64,000 nt of DNA from a virus. The stretch spans positions 1-64,000 of IMG/VR virus record IMGVR_UViG_3300043446_005369, one strand, 5' to 3'. Both the position numbers and the translations under genes were made by a program. Positions 17,464 to 26,594 of the stretch are shown in pieces (position 1 is the first letter of the stretch; every line of letters begins with the position of its first letter). The notes below the pieces were generated by a model that worked only from the letters and a program-made list of their open reading frames with translations, did no database searches and had not been told where the DNA came from.

Positions 17464-19968
17464 CTAGATAAAAAGTGATTCTAATGTGATAGTTTTTTCG
17501 GTTTTCCATCCAATAATATCTAATATAGTTTTTAATGGATCCAGAAAACCTTTTTCAAATTGCAAATCATAATCAACATATTTTTCAAGACTAAGTTCTT
17601 TAGGAAATTCTTGAATAAAAGAGATTACGTTTTCACGAATTATATTTGGTTTTTTTAAGTAAACATATTTAATCTTTTCTCCATTATAAATCAAAGAGTA
17701 TTTGTTTGTTAACTTTTTCTCTTTGATGTAATGATTGAATAAAAGAGCCCCACGAACATGCATTGGAGTTTTGGGTGCGTAAATATTTGAAGATGAAAAA
17801 TATTTACGTATATCAGAAGCGGATCTCGGGAATGCTATTTGTTCAGGAGTCAAATTCTTAAATTCAGATCTACACTTACTGATAAATTCGATAATATCAT
17901 TTTCATTGCCACTCATGAGTATATGAAAGGCATCTTTTAACATTTTGCGACATGGTGCTGGGGTTGACGATTTGATAGCCTCGATACCCTTGATCTTCAA
18001 CTTTGGTTCAGAATACCGAACACCTTCACTATCCCAGACCTTTAGAATATATCTTTTCTTTGCTGTCCAGATTCCACGTTCCGCAATACATTCCCGCTTC
18101 ATGATCATTTTCTGATCATATGCATTTACATATTCGGCCAGCTTTTGGTAAGAACTCTCAATATATTTTTCAAGTTCCAACTTACAGATCTTATCAAGGA
18201 ACGAAACAATGCCTTCAACAGTTTTTTCTCTTCCTTTGTATATAGTTTCAACCAAAGGACCCATATTGAGATAGAGAGAATCAGTATCGGAAGCAATAAC
18301 ATAATCAACATCCTGAGTTTTAAGAAGTTTGTTCAGATAACCATTCATAGAATTCATAATCCATCTAATCGAAACTTGTCCAGAGAAGGTAATAGCTTCG
18401 GCTAAATCGAGTTTATAATATCTAAAGTATTGATTCCCCGTGGCCCCAAAGGCGGAATTTAATTGAATCTTTCTCGCCATCTGAATATTATTGCAACGAG
18501 AAATTTCCTTAATTAACTCTTTGTTTTTGGTTTTTTCATATTCTTGCTCAGCCGCAAGCATTTTCTGTTTAAAAATAACTCGTTCATTATAAATTTTTTC
18601 CATTAATTCTGGAAGAAATCCCCTTTTATCTTTTCGAAACATTGCACCATTAGCGCATATACAATTGTCTTTATATTCGGAAAAGTCAATTGATTGATTT
18701 AAAATTTTATCTACATTAACTGTTGGATGTTTTTCTTCGAGAATAGTTTCCGGGCTTAAATTGTACATCATAATTAAATGAGGATACAAGCTGTTTAAAT
18801 CGCAACTTACAACCCAATCATAAATACCAGGAATTGGTTCCTTTACATAAGCACCGCCAAATTTATCAGTTTTTTCTGAAAATTTCTTTTGCGGAATAAC
18901 AATATTTCGTTTCTTCAGGTAATTGTAGATAATAGTATCCCACATTTTAACTTGAGAAAATACATCACTATAATTAACTTTAGCATCATAAGCCATAGTG
19001 ATTGCCAGTTCGATAAGTTTCATCTTATCTTCTAACCGATCAACTAGCTTAACGTCAAGAATATTATAAGACACAAATTTTCCCCAACCCTTAGTATAAA
19101 AATCCCTAAAGGTATCGAATTCAGAGTGATCTAGCTTTTTCTGTCCAAGCTCAACCTCGGCAATGTAATCTAGACGATAAGACTCTTGAACTTTATAGGT
19201 GAACTTTTTATACAAATCTAGATAATCGAGTTGGGATATACCCATAATATTATATGAAATGTACTTTCTACCAGAAATGTAAACTTCATCCTCCTTAACT
19301 ACGTTCCAAGGAGAAAGCATATTTTTATACTTTTCTCCTAGAACAGATTCAATCCTTCTAGAAATATAAGGAATATCATACAATGTTGAATTCCAACCAC
19401 TGATAATGTCGGGAGTGTTATTTTCATCTGACCACCAATGAATAAAATCCATTAGAAGTTCATGTTCAGTATCAAAAGGTTTATACAATACATCTTGATC
19501 TGTAGTATGATATGAACCTTTACCCCAAGTGTAAATTTGTTTAGTTGAACAATCTTGAATTGTAATCAGTAGAATTTCCTCTGCTGCGGATTCAACATCA
19601 GGGAATCCGTTTTCAGATGCGACCTCAATATCAATTACGTAGATTTTGATTTGATCAATATCATACCGAATTTCATCATCTGGATACTTTTCGGAAATGT
19701 ATTGATACAAATATCTTTCATTTCCATAAATTTCAAAGTTTTCAATATCTTCGTACTGTTTATAAAATTCTCTACAATCTTTTATGGATCCAGGATTAAT
19801 AGCTTGAGCATATTCTCCAGATAAGGTTTTGTATTCAGTTGGGATATTTGATTTTACAAACAATGTGGGTGAAAATTCCTCTCTGACTTTAAATCGTACT
19901 CCTTGATTAGTTCCCCTGACTAAAATACGATTGCCATACATTTCAACATTGGTATAAAAATTCATCAA
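17464..19968 (-). CDS. gp43: Family B DNA polymerase
   Basis: Exo DIEV, DLNSLYP, KIQLNSAFG, ASDTDS, AKKRY motifs. Confidence 0.98.
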   Translation of the reverse strand: MMNFYTNVEMYGNRILVRGTNQGVRFKVREEFSPTLFVKSNIPTEYKTLSGEYAQAINPGSIKDCREFYKQYEDIENFEIYGNERYLYQYISEKYPDDEIRYDIDQIKIYVIDIEVASENGFPDVESAAEEILLITIQDCSTKQIYTWGKGSYHTTDQDVLYKPFDTEHELLMDFIHWWSDENNTPDIISGWNSTLYDIPYISRRIESVLGEKYKNMLSPWNVVKEDEVYISGRKYISYNIMGISQLDYLDLYKKFTYKVQESYRLDYIAEVELGQKKLDHSEFDTFRDFYTKGWGKFVSYNILDVKLVDRLEDKMKLIELAITMAYDAKVNYSDVFSQVKMWDTIIYNYLKKRNIVIPQKKFSEKTDKFGGAYVKEPIPGIYDWVVSCDLNSLYPHLIMMYNLSPETILEEKHPTVNVDKILNQSIDFSEYKDNCICANGAMFRKDKRGFLPELMEKIYNERVIFKQKMLAAEQEYEKTKNKELIKEISRCNNIQMARKIQLNSAFGATGNQYFRYYKLDLAEAITFSGQVSIRWIMNSMNGYLNKLLKTQDVDYVIASDTDSLYLNMGPLVETIYKGREKTVEGIVSFLDKICKLELEKYIESSYQKLAEYVNAYDQKMIMKRECIAERGIWTAKKRYILKVWDSEGVRYSEPKLKIKGIEAIKSSTPAPCRKMLKDAFHILMSGNENDIIEFISKCRSEFKNLTPEQIAFPRSASDIRKYFSSSNIYAPKTPMHVRGALLFNHYIKEKKLTNKYSLIYNGEKIKYVYLKKPNIIRENVISFIQEFPKELSLEKYVDYDLQFEKGFLDPLKTILDIIGWKTEKTITLESLFI

Positions 19969-20216
19969 CTAGTTAACTCCAAATATTTTTGAATAATTTC
20001 TGGTTTTGGATCTACCACAGTTAGTACATTATCGGAAAGAATTTTCATTTCTCTTTGATTTGTAACTTCCGGCCAAGGAGTCATATTTTCGTTGACATCA
20101 ATACGATATGGATTAATTAATTTCCAATCTGGATCACCAAGTTCTGCATCAATTTCAACAACTTCAGTAATAATTACATTATCAACATTCAGTAAAAGAC
20201 ACTTGATTGCTTTCAT
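19965..20216 (-). CDS. Conserved hypothetical protein upstream of gp43
   Basis: 83 aa, overlaps the gp43 start; ELGDPDWKLINPY. Confidence 0.75.
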   Translation of the reverse strand: MKAIKCLLLNVDNVIITEVVEIDAELGDPDWKLINPYRIDVNENMTPWPEVTNQREMKILSDNVLTVVDPKPEIIQKYLELTS

Positions 20217-20508
20217 TTATTTTTTCCTCATAAAGATTTTTAACGGATGTAATTGGGTCAACCATTGTTACGACCCAACTTGGAGTAATTACTACATCAG
20301 TATCTTCAGTAAGTAATATCCAAGGTGTTAAGGATACTTGAATCTGCGAATCGTGCAGCCTCTCTTCAGAAAGAAGAATTGGACGTTCGGTTAGAACTTT
20401 ATGTGGATTATGTAGCATATATCCACATAAAGAATTATCCTGTATAATTTCCTTTGCTTCAGAGATTATAGTCTCACCGGACTTCATTAAAATTAGTTTG
20501 ATCGTCAT
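20182..20508 (-). CDS. Conserved hypothetical protein
   Basis: Likely start MTIKLILMKSGETIIS; LTPWILL...WVVTMVDP; downstream of a sigma70-like promoter. Confidence 0.75.
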   Translation of the reverse strand: MTIKLILMKSGETIISEAKEIIQDNSLCGYMLHNPHKVLTERPILLSEERLHDSQIQVSLTPWILLTEDTDVVITPSWVVTMVDPITSVKNLYEEKINESNQVSFTEC

Positions 20509-20531
20509 TTGGCTCAATACTCTGCCTTACC

Positions 20532-20560
20532 ATCTTAGCAAAAAAATGGGGAGATGTCAA
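20532..20560 (-). promoter_or_regulatory. Sigma70-like promoter for the gp43 operon, overlapping a terminator hairpin (20540-20574)
   Basis: TTGACA (20560-20555), 17 nt, TAAGAT (20537-20532). Confidence 0.75.
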
Positions 20561-20597
20561 GCGGCATCCCCCCAAATCTCTAATTAGTTTTTAAAGC

Positions 20598-20756
20598 TCA
20601 ATCTCCGTTTCCTCCAGAACTAGAAGAAGACTTCTTTGCACAAGCCTTTCCTCCAGGAGCCATAGCATAAGGTATTACATTATAGCATTTTACTTTTTGA
20701 CCAGAAGATGAATTAATATATTGAACTTTTTCAATAAATTGTTCAAAAGATTTCAT
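20598..20756 (-). CDS. Small protein with capsid-targeting-like leader (52 aa, below ORF-track cutoff)
   Basis: MKSFEQFIEKVQYINSSSGQKVKCYNVIPYAMAPGGKACAKKSSSSSGGNGD; CTAAATA at 20771-20777; terminator downstream. Confidence 0.7.
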   Translation of the reverse strand: MKSFEQFIEKVQYINSSSGQKVKCYNVIPYAMAPGGKACAKKSSSSSGGNGD

Positions 20757-20773
20757 TTGAATTTTTATTTTAT

Positions 20774-21199
20774 TTAGAGATAATCTTTTCTCGCATGATG
20801 ATCTGGTATTGTTTTTTTCAGATAAATGCTCAATAATCCATCTTCGAAAGTTACATCTTTAATAATAACATCATCGGATAAAGTCCAAATTCTCTTAAAA
20901 GATCGAAGAGCAAGACCTTTATGAATATAATTCGTGTTAGATTCTTTATCTTCTTTTTGGCCTTCAACAAATAATTTTCCGCATTCAGTATATACCAATA
21001 ATTCTTTTCGTTTAAATCCGGCTAAAGCAAGTTCTAATTTATTTTCAACACTACTTAGCTGAATATAATTGTATGGCGGATAATTTGAAGTGGTTTCATG
21101 AATATTAAAAATTCTATCGAAATATTCTTCAATACCGATACTATTTTTTGAAATTTTATCCATCAAAGCGGAAAGATCCGCTGAAGTATATTTTGTCAT
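20774..21199 (-). CDS. hsp20: Small heat shock protein (Hsp20/alpha-crystallin)
   Basis: NYPPYN, LELALAGF, YIHKGLALRSF, FEDGLL; AAGGAG ribosome binding site. Confidence 0.95.
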   Translation of the reverse strand: MTKYTSADLSALMDKISKNSIGIEEYFDRIFNIHETTSNYPPYNYIQLSSVENKLELALAGFKRKELLVYTECGKLFVEGQKEDKESNTNYIHKGLALRSFKRIWTLSDDVIIKDVTFEDGLLSIYLKKTIPDHHARKDYL

Positions 21200-21356
21200 T
21201 TAATTCTCCTTAAAAAGCGAGTTTGAATAGAAGGATCCTTTCGGCATCCAACATTATTTAATCATAAAAAAGAAAAAAGAGGAACAGTGAAAACCGAACC
21301 TCTTTTTTGGGTGTTCCGAACTTTTCTGTAGAGACCGCACGAAAGTCTCATACTAT

Positions 21357-21797
21357 TTAGTTAAATTCTTCAGGCTTCTTTTTCTTTGCCCCGATATTAT
21401 ATTTTGTTTCTAAAATCCATTCGTCTTTTTCCTTATACGAAAGAACTTTAATTTGATTCAAGGGAGCAATGTTTTGTATTTTAGATACATCGACAATTGT
21501 AATAAGTCCCCAATCGGCCAATAGCTGTGCAATTCTATTACGGCGTTGTACATCATTTACTGTTAGATTGGCATGTTTACCATCTAAAGCAAAAAGTTCT
21601 TTAAAATGAATAATATAATAATGACCCTGCTTATGTAAAATATGACAGGATTGATACAATTTTTTTTCTTTTCTTGAAGCAACCCCAATACGAGTTAAGG
21701 TTTCTCGTACTTTTAAAAAGTCATCGGGCTCATTGAGAATCACCTCCACCATTTGATCTGGTGTCCATCTCACTTCAGGTTCTTGAACTACGCTCAT
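21357..21797 (-). CDS. regA: Translational repressor RegA
   Basis: PDDFLKVRETLTRIGVAS, QSCHILHKQG, HFKELFALDG. Confidence 0.97.
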   Translation of the reverse strand: MSVVQEPEVRWTPDQMVEVILNEPDDFLKVRETLTRIGVASRKEKKLYQSCHILHKQGHYYIIHFKELFALDGKHANLTVNDVQRRNRIAQLLADWGLITIVDVSKIQNIAPLNQIKVLSYKEKDEWILETKYNIGAKKKKPEEFN

Positions 21798-22174
21798 TTT
21801 GTTCCTCCAGTTTCAAACTTTGATTTTATATAATTAAGCTGTTCTTTATTTAGAATCATCAAAGCTTGCTTTGCCTTTTCATTACTATAGCCATAATAAC
21901 GTTTGACATAATCAAGGTCTTTGATATTATCTTTACGGAGCCAGGGAGAATATCTCTTCTTTTTCCGCAAAATATTTATATAAAAATCATACTGCATTTT
22001 TTTAGGCAAAAAATGATTTATATTCATTTCATTTGCAAACATCACACAATCGATGTGACCAGAAAGACACCGATTAATGATATATGAATTATATTCTTTT
22101 TCCAATAAAGAGTTTTCATCCATCAAATTGATTTTTGATGAATTAATTGAATTTAGCCAATCCTTAAGTTCCAT
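21794..22174 (-). CDS. gp62: Clamp loader small subunit
   Basis: YIINRCLS, ANEMN, YYGYSNEKA; between gp44 and regA. Confidence 0.93.
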   Translation of the reverse strand: MELKDWLNSINSSKINLMDENSLLEKEYNSYIINRCLSGHIDCVMFANEMNINHFLPKKMQYDFYINILRKKKRYSPWLRKDNIKDLDYVKRYYGYSNEKAKQALMILNKEQLNYIKSKFETGGTK

Positions 22175-22175
22175 A

Positions 22176-23120
22176 TTATTTAAATGAACATTCGACCATA
22201 ATTTCAGTTAAAGCAGCAAGAAGATTGATTTCCTGGTCACAAACAAAAGCACACTGATATTGATACCTTGCAATGATTAAAACTGCAGCAGGAATTGATG
22301 CTGGAATTAATGCAGTATAAAGAGCATCATAAACTCTACGAAGAAGCACAGAAGCATCATTATCTAAATTTGATACCACCCATTTACGAACTTCCGTGAA
22401 ATTCTTATCCTTTAGATTTTTAATCAATTCATTTACGGAAATATCAGAAAGTGATGCAAGAATTCCGGAGTCAATAATTCCTCCAGCAGAATATCTCTGA
22501 CATTCATTCAAAACTCGTCTAAAATCAGGAAAATACTTGGTTACAAGTTCTGCAACTACTTTTTGATCATATTTAATCCCCTCATTATCCAAGATAGTTT
22601 GAAGACGTTTGAAAAAAGCTCCAGCCAGTTGAGCTTTTTGTTTTCCTTTGATTGTAAAATCAATGACGGCACATCGGGAATGCAATGGCTCAATAATCTT
22701 GTTCTTGTAGTTGCAAGTGAAGATGAATCTACAGTTGTTATAAAATGTCTCAATATTCGCCCGTAGTAAGAGTTGAACATCTGAGGTTGTGTTGTCACTT
22801 TCGTCCACAATAATGACTTTGTGTTTAGATGTTGACGTAAGTGAGACGGTCGAAGCAAAGCTCTTTGCTTGGTTTCGGACAGTATCCAAGAAACGCCCTT
22901 CGTCGGATCCGTTAATGACATAATAATCTGCTCCTAATTCATTGCATAATGCTTTTGCGATTGTAGTTTTACCAATACCAGGTGGACCAGAGAGAAGGAG
23001 ATTTGGAATCTCTCCTTTGGCTACAAACTCCTTAAAGGTTTTTTTAGTATCTTCCGGAAGAATACAATCCTCAATAGTTTTTGGTCTATAGCGTTCCACG
23101 AAAAGGAAGTCACTTGTCAT
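22176..23120 (-). CDS. gp44: Clamp loader large subunit
   Basis: ERYRP, GPPGIGKTT, IIVDESD, LHSRC, PDFRR. Confidence 0.97.
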   Translation of the reverse strand: MTSDFLFVERYRPKTIEDCILPEDTKKTFKEFVAKGEIPNLLLSGPPGIGKTTIAKALCNELGADYYVINGSDEGRFLDTVRNQAKSFASTVSLTSTSKHKVIIVDESDNTTSDVQLLLRANIETFYNNCRFIFTCNYKNKIIEPLHSRCAVIDFTIKGKQKAQLAGAFFKRLQTILDNEGIKYDQKVVAELVTKYFPDFRRVLNECQRYSAGGIIDSGILASLSDISVNELIKNLKDKNFTEVRKWVVSNLDNDASVLLRRVYDALYTALIPASIPAAVLIIARYQYQCAFVCDQEINLLAALTEIMVECSFK

Positions 23121-23129
23121 AATTTAAAA

Positions 23130-23303
23130 TCAATCAGATCTTTTTAAAATAAAATAAGGATATTCATCCTCTTCAGCATATAATCCCATCGGGTAAAGTG
23201 CTGCAGGATATTCTTCGACAGGACCAACATAAAGAGTTACCTCCAGGTCCAACTGATCTTCAGATAATTCTTGAAGTTTTTCTATAACTTCTCTATATTT
23301 CAT
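23130..23303 (-). CDS. Small acidic hypothetical protein (57 aa, below ORF-track cutoff)
   Basis: MKYREVIEKLQELSEDQLDLEVTLYVGPVEEYP...; fills the gap between the denV-like gene and gp44. Confidence 0.6.
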   Translation of the reverse strand: MKYREVIEKLQELSEDQLDLEVTLYVGPVEEYPAALYPMGLYAEEDEYPYFILKRSD

Positions 23304-23306
23304 AAT

Positions 23307-23816
23307 TTAGATCCATTCAGGTTTTCGTTCTGGCATACGAAGATAATTAGATGCAACCCAAGGTTTGCTGCTAATGTACATCTTGTAAGCAGTAAAAGTG
23401 TCAATCCCTTCGTCAAGTTTATACTCATCTGGCATCGCCCTCACAAATGGTGTTACTTCAGTAATTTTGCCTTTAGGAAAAAGATAATATGCTTCCAGTA
23501 AAGTAGTATAACAAGAATGCACCTTACCATAACGAAGTGCATATTCGTCGCACAAATTCATACCATGTTTAATCAACCAATAAGCATTATTTGGGGATTG
23601 GCTGGTCCAGATCGTACAGGGATGATTGCGGAAAGCTCCCTTGGTGGTACTGTAAGGCGTCCCATCGGCCTTGTGAAGGGGACCATACCCATGATACCAG
23701 TCGGATGCTACGATCGCCAAGAGTTGGCAGCATTCCAAAGGCATTTTAACAATATGCTTGTCGGGAAGACAAATAGCACTTTCAGCTGGGAATTTGTTCG
23801 TTACAAAGATGTTCAT
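23307..23816 (-). CDS. Pyrimidine-dimer DNA glycosylase / endonuclease V-like protein
   Basis: MNIF...DKHIVKMPLECCQLL...NHPCTIW...LCDEYALRYGKVH...AMPDEYK. Confidence 0.8.
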   Translation of the reverse strand: MNIFVTNKFPAESAICLPDKHIVKMPLECCQLLAIVASDWYHGYGPLHKADGTPYSTTKGAFRNHPCTIWTSQSPNNAYWLIKHGMNLCDEYALRYGKVHSCYTTLLEAYYLFPKGKITEVTPFVRAMPDEYKLDEGIDTFTAYKMYISSKPWVASNYLRMPERKPEWI

Positions 23817-23822
23817 AATAAA

Positions 23823-24299
23823 TCAATCAATACAGTACTTCATAATCATTTTTTTTGTTTCAGTTGGATTGTCCTCCAACCAAAAAGCTTCGTGTTCTAC
23901 ATCTTCCGTACTCGGATTAATGACAACTGCTTGCCGTAATGAGACTAGTTTTTGCTTAGATAGTCTCATTTCACTTTTAGGAATTCCAAAAGGACTAAAA
24001 TAGTCATTACTAAAAAGTGATTTGAAGAATGAAAAAATATTTCGCTTTTCATTCCTAGATTTACATGACTGTGCATAATGAACACTTTCATGTACCAATG
24101 TTTGATTAATATTGAATCTTACATTTGGATACTGCTTAATTTTGTCCGTGCAGATCGACAATTGATTTAGTCTCGCTTCATAAAAGCCAAAAATATCATA
24201 CTGCTGACAAACCTCAGAATTTTCAACCACTTGTATCTTATTAGACATCAATTTATACATGTCCATAGATTGAGTGGAAAGATAAAGAAGAAATTCCAT
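23823..24299 (-). CDS. Putative zincin-like metallopeptidase
   Basis: TLVHESVHYAQSC (HExxH) and distal EHEAFWLE. Confidence 0.6.
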   Translation of the reverse strand: MEFLLYLSTQSMDMYKLMSNKIQVVENSEVCQQYDIFGFYEARLNQLSICTDKIKQYPNVRFNINQTLVHESVHYAQSCKSRNEKRNIFSFFKSLFSNDYFSPFGIPKSEMRLSKQKLVSLRQAVVINPSTEDVEHEAFWLEDNPTETKKMIMKYCID

Positions 24300-24967
24300 T
24301 ATTCGTTAAATTTACTATCTGGCTCTAATGCAATCCAATATGAAAGATTATACTTTTCGTTTGTAAATTTAGAGTATAGTTTAGAAGAAACTACGACATC
24401 ATATGATCCAGAGATGATTTTAATGTGTTCTATTTTAAAGTTAAACACAAATACATCATTAGTTTGGCCAACTACTATAGAATATTCATTCGAGGTATCA
24501 TTATTTTTATCACGAACCACCAAACGAATAACTCCGTTTTCTCCAATTGCAGAAAGATCTGGAAGTTGATAGATGGAAGATGCCTTAATCAATTTGTCTA
24601 AAGAACTACTATCGAGCTGAAAACAAACATCCTGAGAAGGCAATTTAATCTCTTTATCTGGAGGTGTTACAATTACATTTGGATCTGCATAAAAATATTT
24701 TGCTCGCCAGTTGCCCTCCCGAATCGTAACATACGAATCATTTGTAAAATCCAAATCAGGACTTTGATGTAGGCTTAAACCATTTAGGAATTCACTTAAA
24801 TCATAAATCGCAAATTGACGAGGGAAATCTTCCTCAATTTGTGCTTCAGCCAAAATATTTTTTGCAACTGAAATAGTTCGAAGATGATTTCCATTTTTTA
24901 CCAAAATTGAATTATTAATTTTAGAAAAATTCTTAAGAATGCTTAGTGTTTTATCAGATAATTTCAT
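24299..24967 (-). CDS. gp45: Sliding clamp
   Basis: MKLSDKTLSILKNFSKINNSI, FAIYDLSEFL, YWIALE. Confidence 0.96.
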   Translation of the reverse strand: MKLSDKTLSILKNFSKINNSILVKNGNHLRTISVAKNILAEAQIEEDFPRQFAIYDLSEFLNGLSLHQSPDLDFTNDSYVTIREGNWRAKYFYADPNVIVTPPDKEIKLPSQDVCFQLDSSSLDKLIKASSIYQLPDLSAIGENGVIRLVVRDKNNDTSNEYSIVVGQTNDVFVFNFKIEHIKIISGSYDVVVSSKLYSKFTNEKYNLSYWIALEPDSKFNE

Positions 24968-24977
24968 TTTATTTCAA

Positions 24978-25343
24978 TCAACGGAACTCATTTAGGCCAT
25001 TGTCTTTGCGAGTGTAGTGCCCATCAAAGTGAAGAAGAAGCATAGCATAATGAATTACTTTAAGAAGATCCCTTTTGTTTCTTCCATCCTTGTCACCATA
25101 ACGACTCCCATACTTTAGAATATTGGCTTGACAAAATTTTACTGCCAAATCTTTAGAAGCCATTAAATCGATTGTTTGAATATTTTTATACTCTTCATTA
25201 TGACCACAATAATGACTAGTATAAGTTTCAGTTACATAATTTTCAATATCTTTGATGATTTTATCTTCATTATACTTCCAAAGATGATTTGTTTTTTCTG
25301 ATTCGTGTGAGTTCATGCGTAAATTGTTTTCATAATTTTTCAT
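24978..25343 (-). CDS. Conserved hypothetical protein (DUF3310-like)
   Basis: FCQANILKYGSRYGDKDGRNKRDLLKVIHYA; start shifted downstream of the promoter at 25373-25401. Confidence 0.7.
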   Translation of the reverse strand: MKNYENNLRMNSHESEKTNHLWKYNEDKIIKDIENYVTETYTSHYCGHNEEYKNIQTIDLMASKDLAVKFCQANILKYGSRYGDKDGRNKRDLLKVIHYAMLLLHFDGHYTRKDNGLNEFR

Positions 25344-25372
25344 AAAGAAAGGAGAGGCGTAGATCCTCTCCA

Positions 25373-25401
25373 AGATTATCAGAATGGGATCTGGGTGTCA
25401 A
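25373..25401 (-). promoter_or_regulatory. Sigma70-like promoter for the gp45 operon
   Basis: TTGACA (25401-25396), 17 nt, TAATCT (25378-25373). Confidence 0.65.
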
Positions 25402-26509
25402 TAGGTGTGTTTTCTTTTGTTTCTGCTTGCTGATTCATTTTAAAATCAACATCAATTTTATCGTATAACTCAAGAAATGATTGTTTCGTTTCATCATCAA
25501 AACGATTAATACAAATCTGAATTGCCTTCGATTTATCTTTAAAGATACTATAAGCTTTGATAATATGAACTAGACGACGAGTACTAATGATTTCTTCAAT
25601 TCCTCCATCATAAAAGGTTTTACGAATTACATCCCCCCAATCCACCAATCTCTTGCAGAAATCTTCGTCAGTAACTTCCAATTGATTAGCAACTGCATTG
25701 AGAATTTTTTGTTCTGTGGAAACTGAAGGATACTCTTGTTCTAGAGTTACTGGAAACCTCTCTAGAAACGCTTCATTCAGAACATTAGTTCCAATAAAAC
25801 GACCATCATCAGATCCCTTACCCTTTGTATTTGCAGTTGCAATTACATTAAATCCTTGAGCAGGTTTTACGAATGTGCCAATTTTTTTGAGGAAAACACC
25901 TTTACCCTCTAAAATAGATTGAAGACATAGAATTTTATTTGATGCGAGATCAATTTCATCTAGAAGTAGAATTGCACCCCTTTTGAGAGCTTCAATTACA
26001 GGACCATCATGCCATGCAGTTTCTCCATTTACTAGACGAAACCCACCGATCAGATCATCTTCATCGGTTTCAATTGTAATATTGACTCGAATGAGTTCCC
26101 TCTTTAATTGGGCACATGCTTGCTCGACGCTAAACGTTTTTCCGTTACCGGAAAGACCAGTAATAAATGTAGGATAAAAAATACCAGATTGAATAATCTT
26201 TTTAATATAAGAAAAACTACCAAATGGCACAAATAGTTTATCTTTCGCTGGAATTAAATTTTGTTCATTCGTTGGAAGAACAGAAAGTGAATGGTATGAA
26301 CGTTCAATTTCTTCAATTTTCTCAGAAGTTACTTCAAGATTCCAACGCCCACGGTCAGTTTTATATGGTTCGAGTTTACGTGTTAGTGTGGGATAAGATA
26401 CCCCTTTAGATGCACAATATCCCCTAATGTCACCAGAAGTAATATCCGTTCCAAAAAGAGAAATGAGTTCATTTACTAGCTGATTATCATTCATTGGACT
26501 ATTGGTCAT
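25379..26509 (-). CDS. cobS: CobS-like (MoxR-type) AAA+ ATPase
   Basis: GLSGNGKT, ETDEDDLIGG, LLLDEID, TANTKG, NEAFLERF, STRRLV. Confidence 0.92.
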   Translation of the reverse strand: MTNSPMNDNQLVNELISLFGTDITSGDIRGYCASKGVSYPTLTRKLEPYKTDRGRWNLEVTSEKIEEIERSYHSLSVLPTNEQNLIPAKDKLFVPFGSFSYIKKIIQSGIFYPTFITGLSGNGKTFSVEQACAQLKRELIRVNITIETDEDDLIGGFRLVNGETAWHDGPVIEALKRGAILLLDEIDLASNKILCLQSILEGKGVFLKKIGTFVKPAQGFNVIATANTKGKGSDDGRFIGTNVLNEAFLERFPVTLEQEYPSVSTEQKILNAVANQLEVTDEDFCKRLVDWGDVIRKTFYDGGIEEIISTRRLVHIIKAYSIFKDKSKAIQICINRFDDETKQSFLELYDKIDVDFKMNQQAETKENTPIDTQIPF

Positions 26510-26549
26510 AACAAATTTAATTCATCGATTTACTTGTTGAGTATACAAC

Positions 26550-26576
26550 AAAAAAGGGACCTTATTGGTCCCTCTT
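26550..26576 (-). terminator. Rho-independent terminator overlapping the cobS promoter
   Basis: AGGGACC-aataa-GGTCCCT plus T tract; TATACT -10 at 26545-26540 immediately downstream. Confidence 0.8.
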
Positions 26577-26594
26577 GTGCCACTTTTGAAAGTG

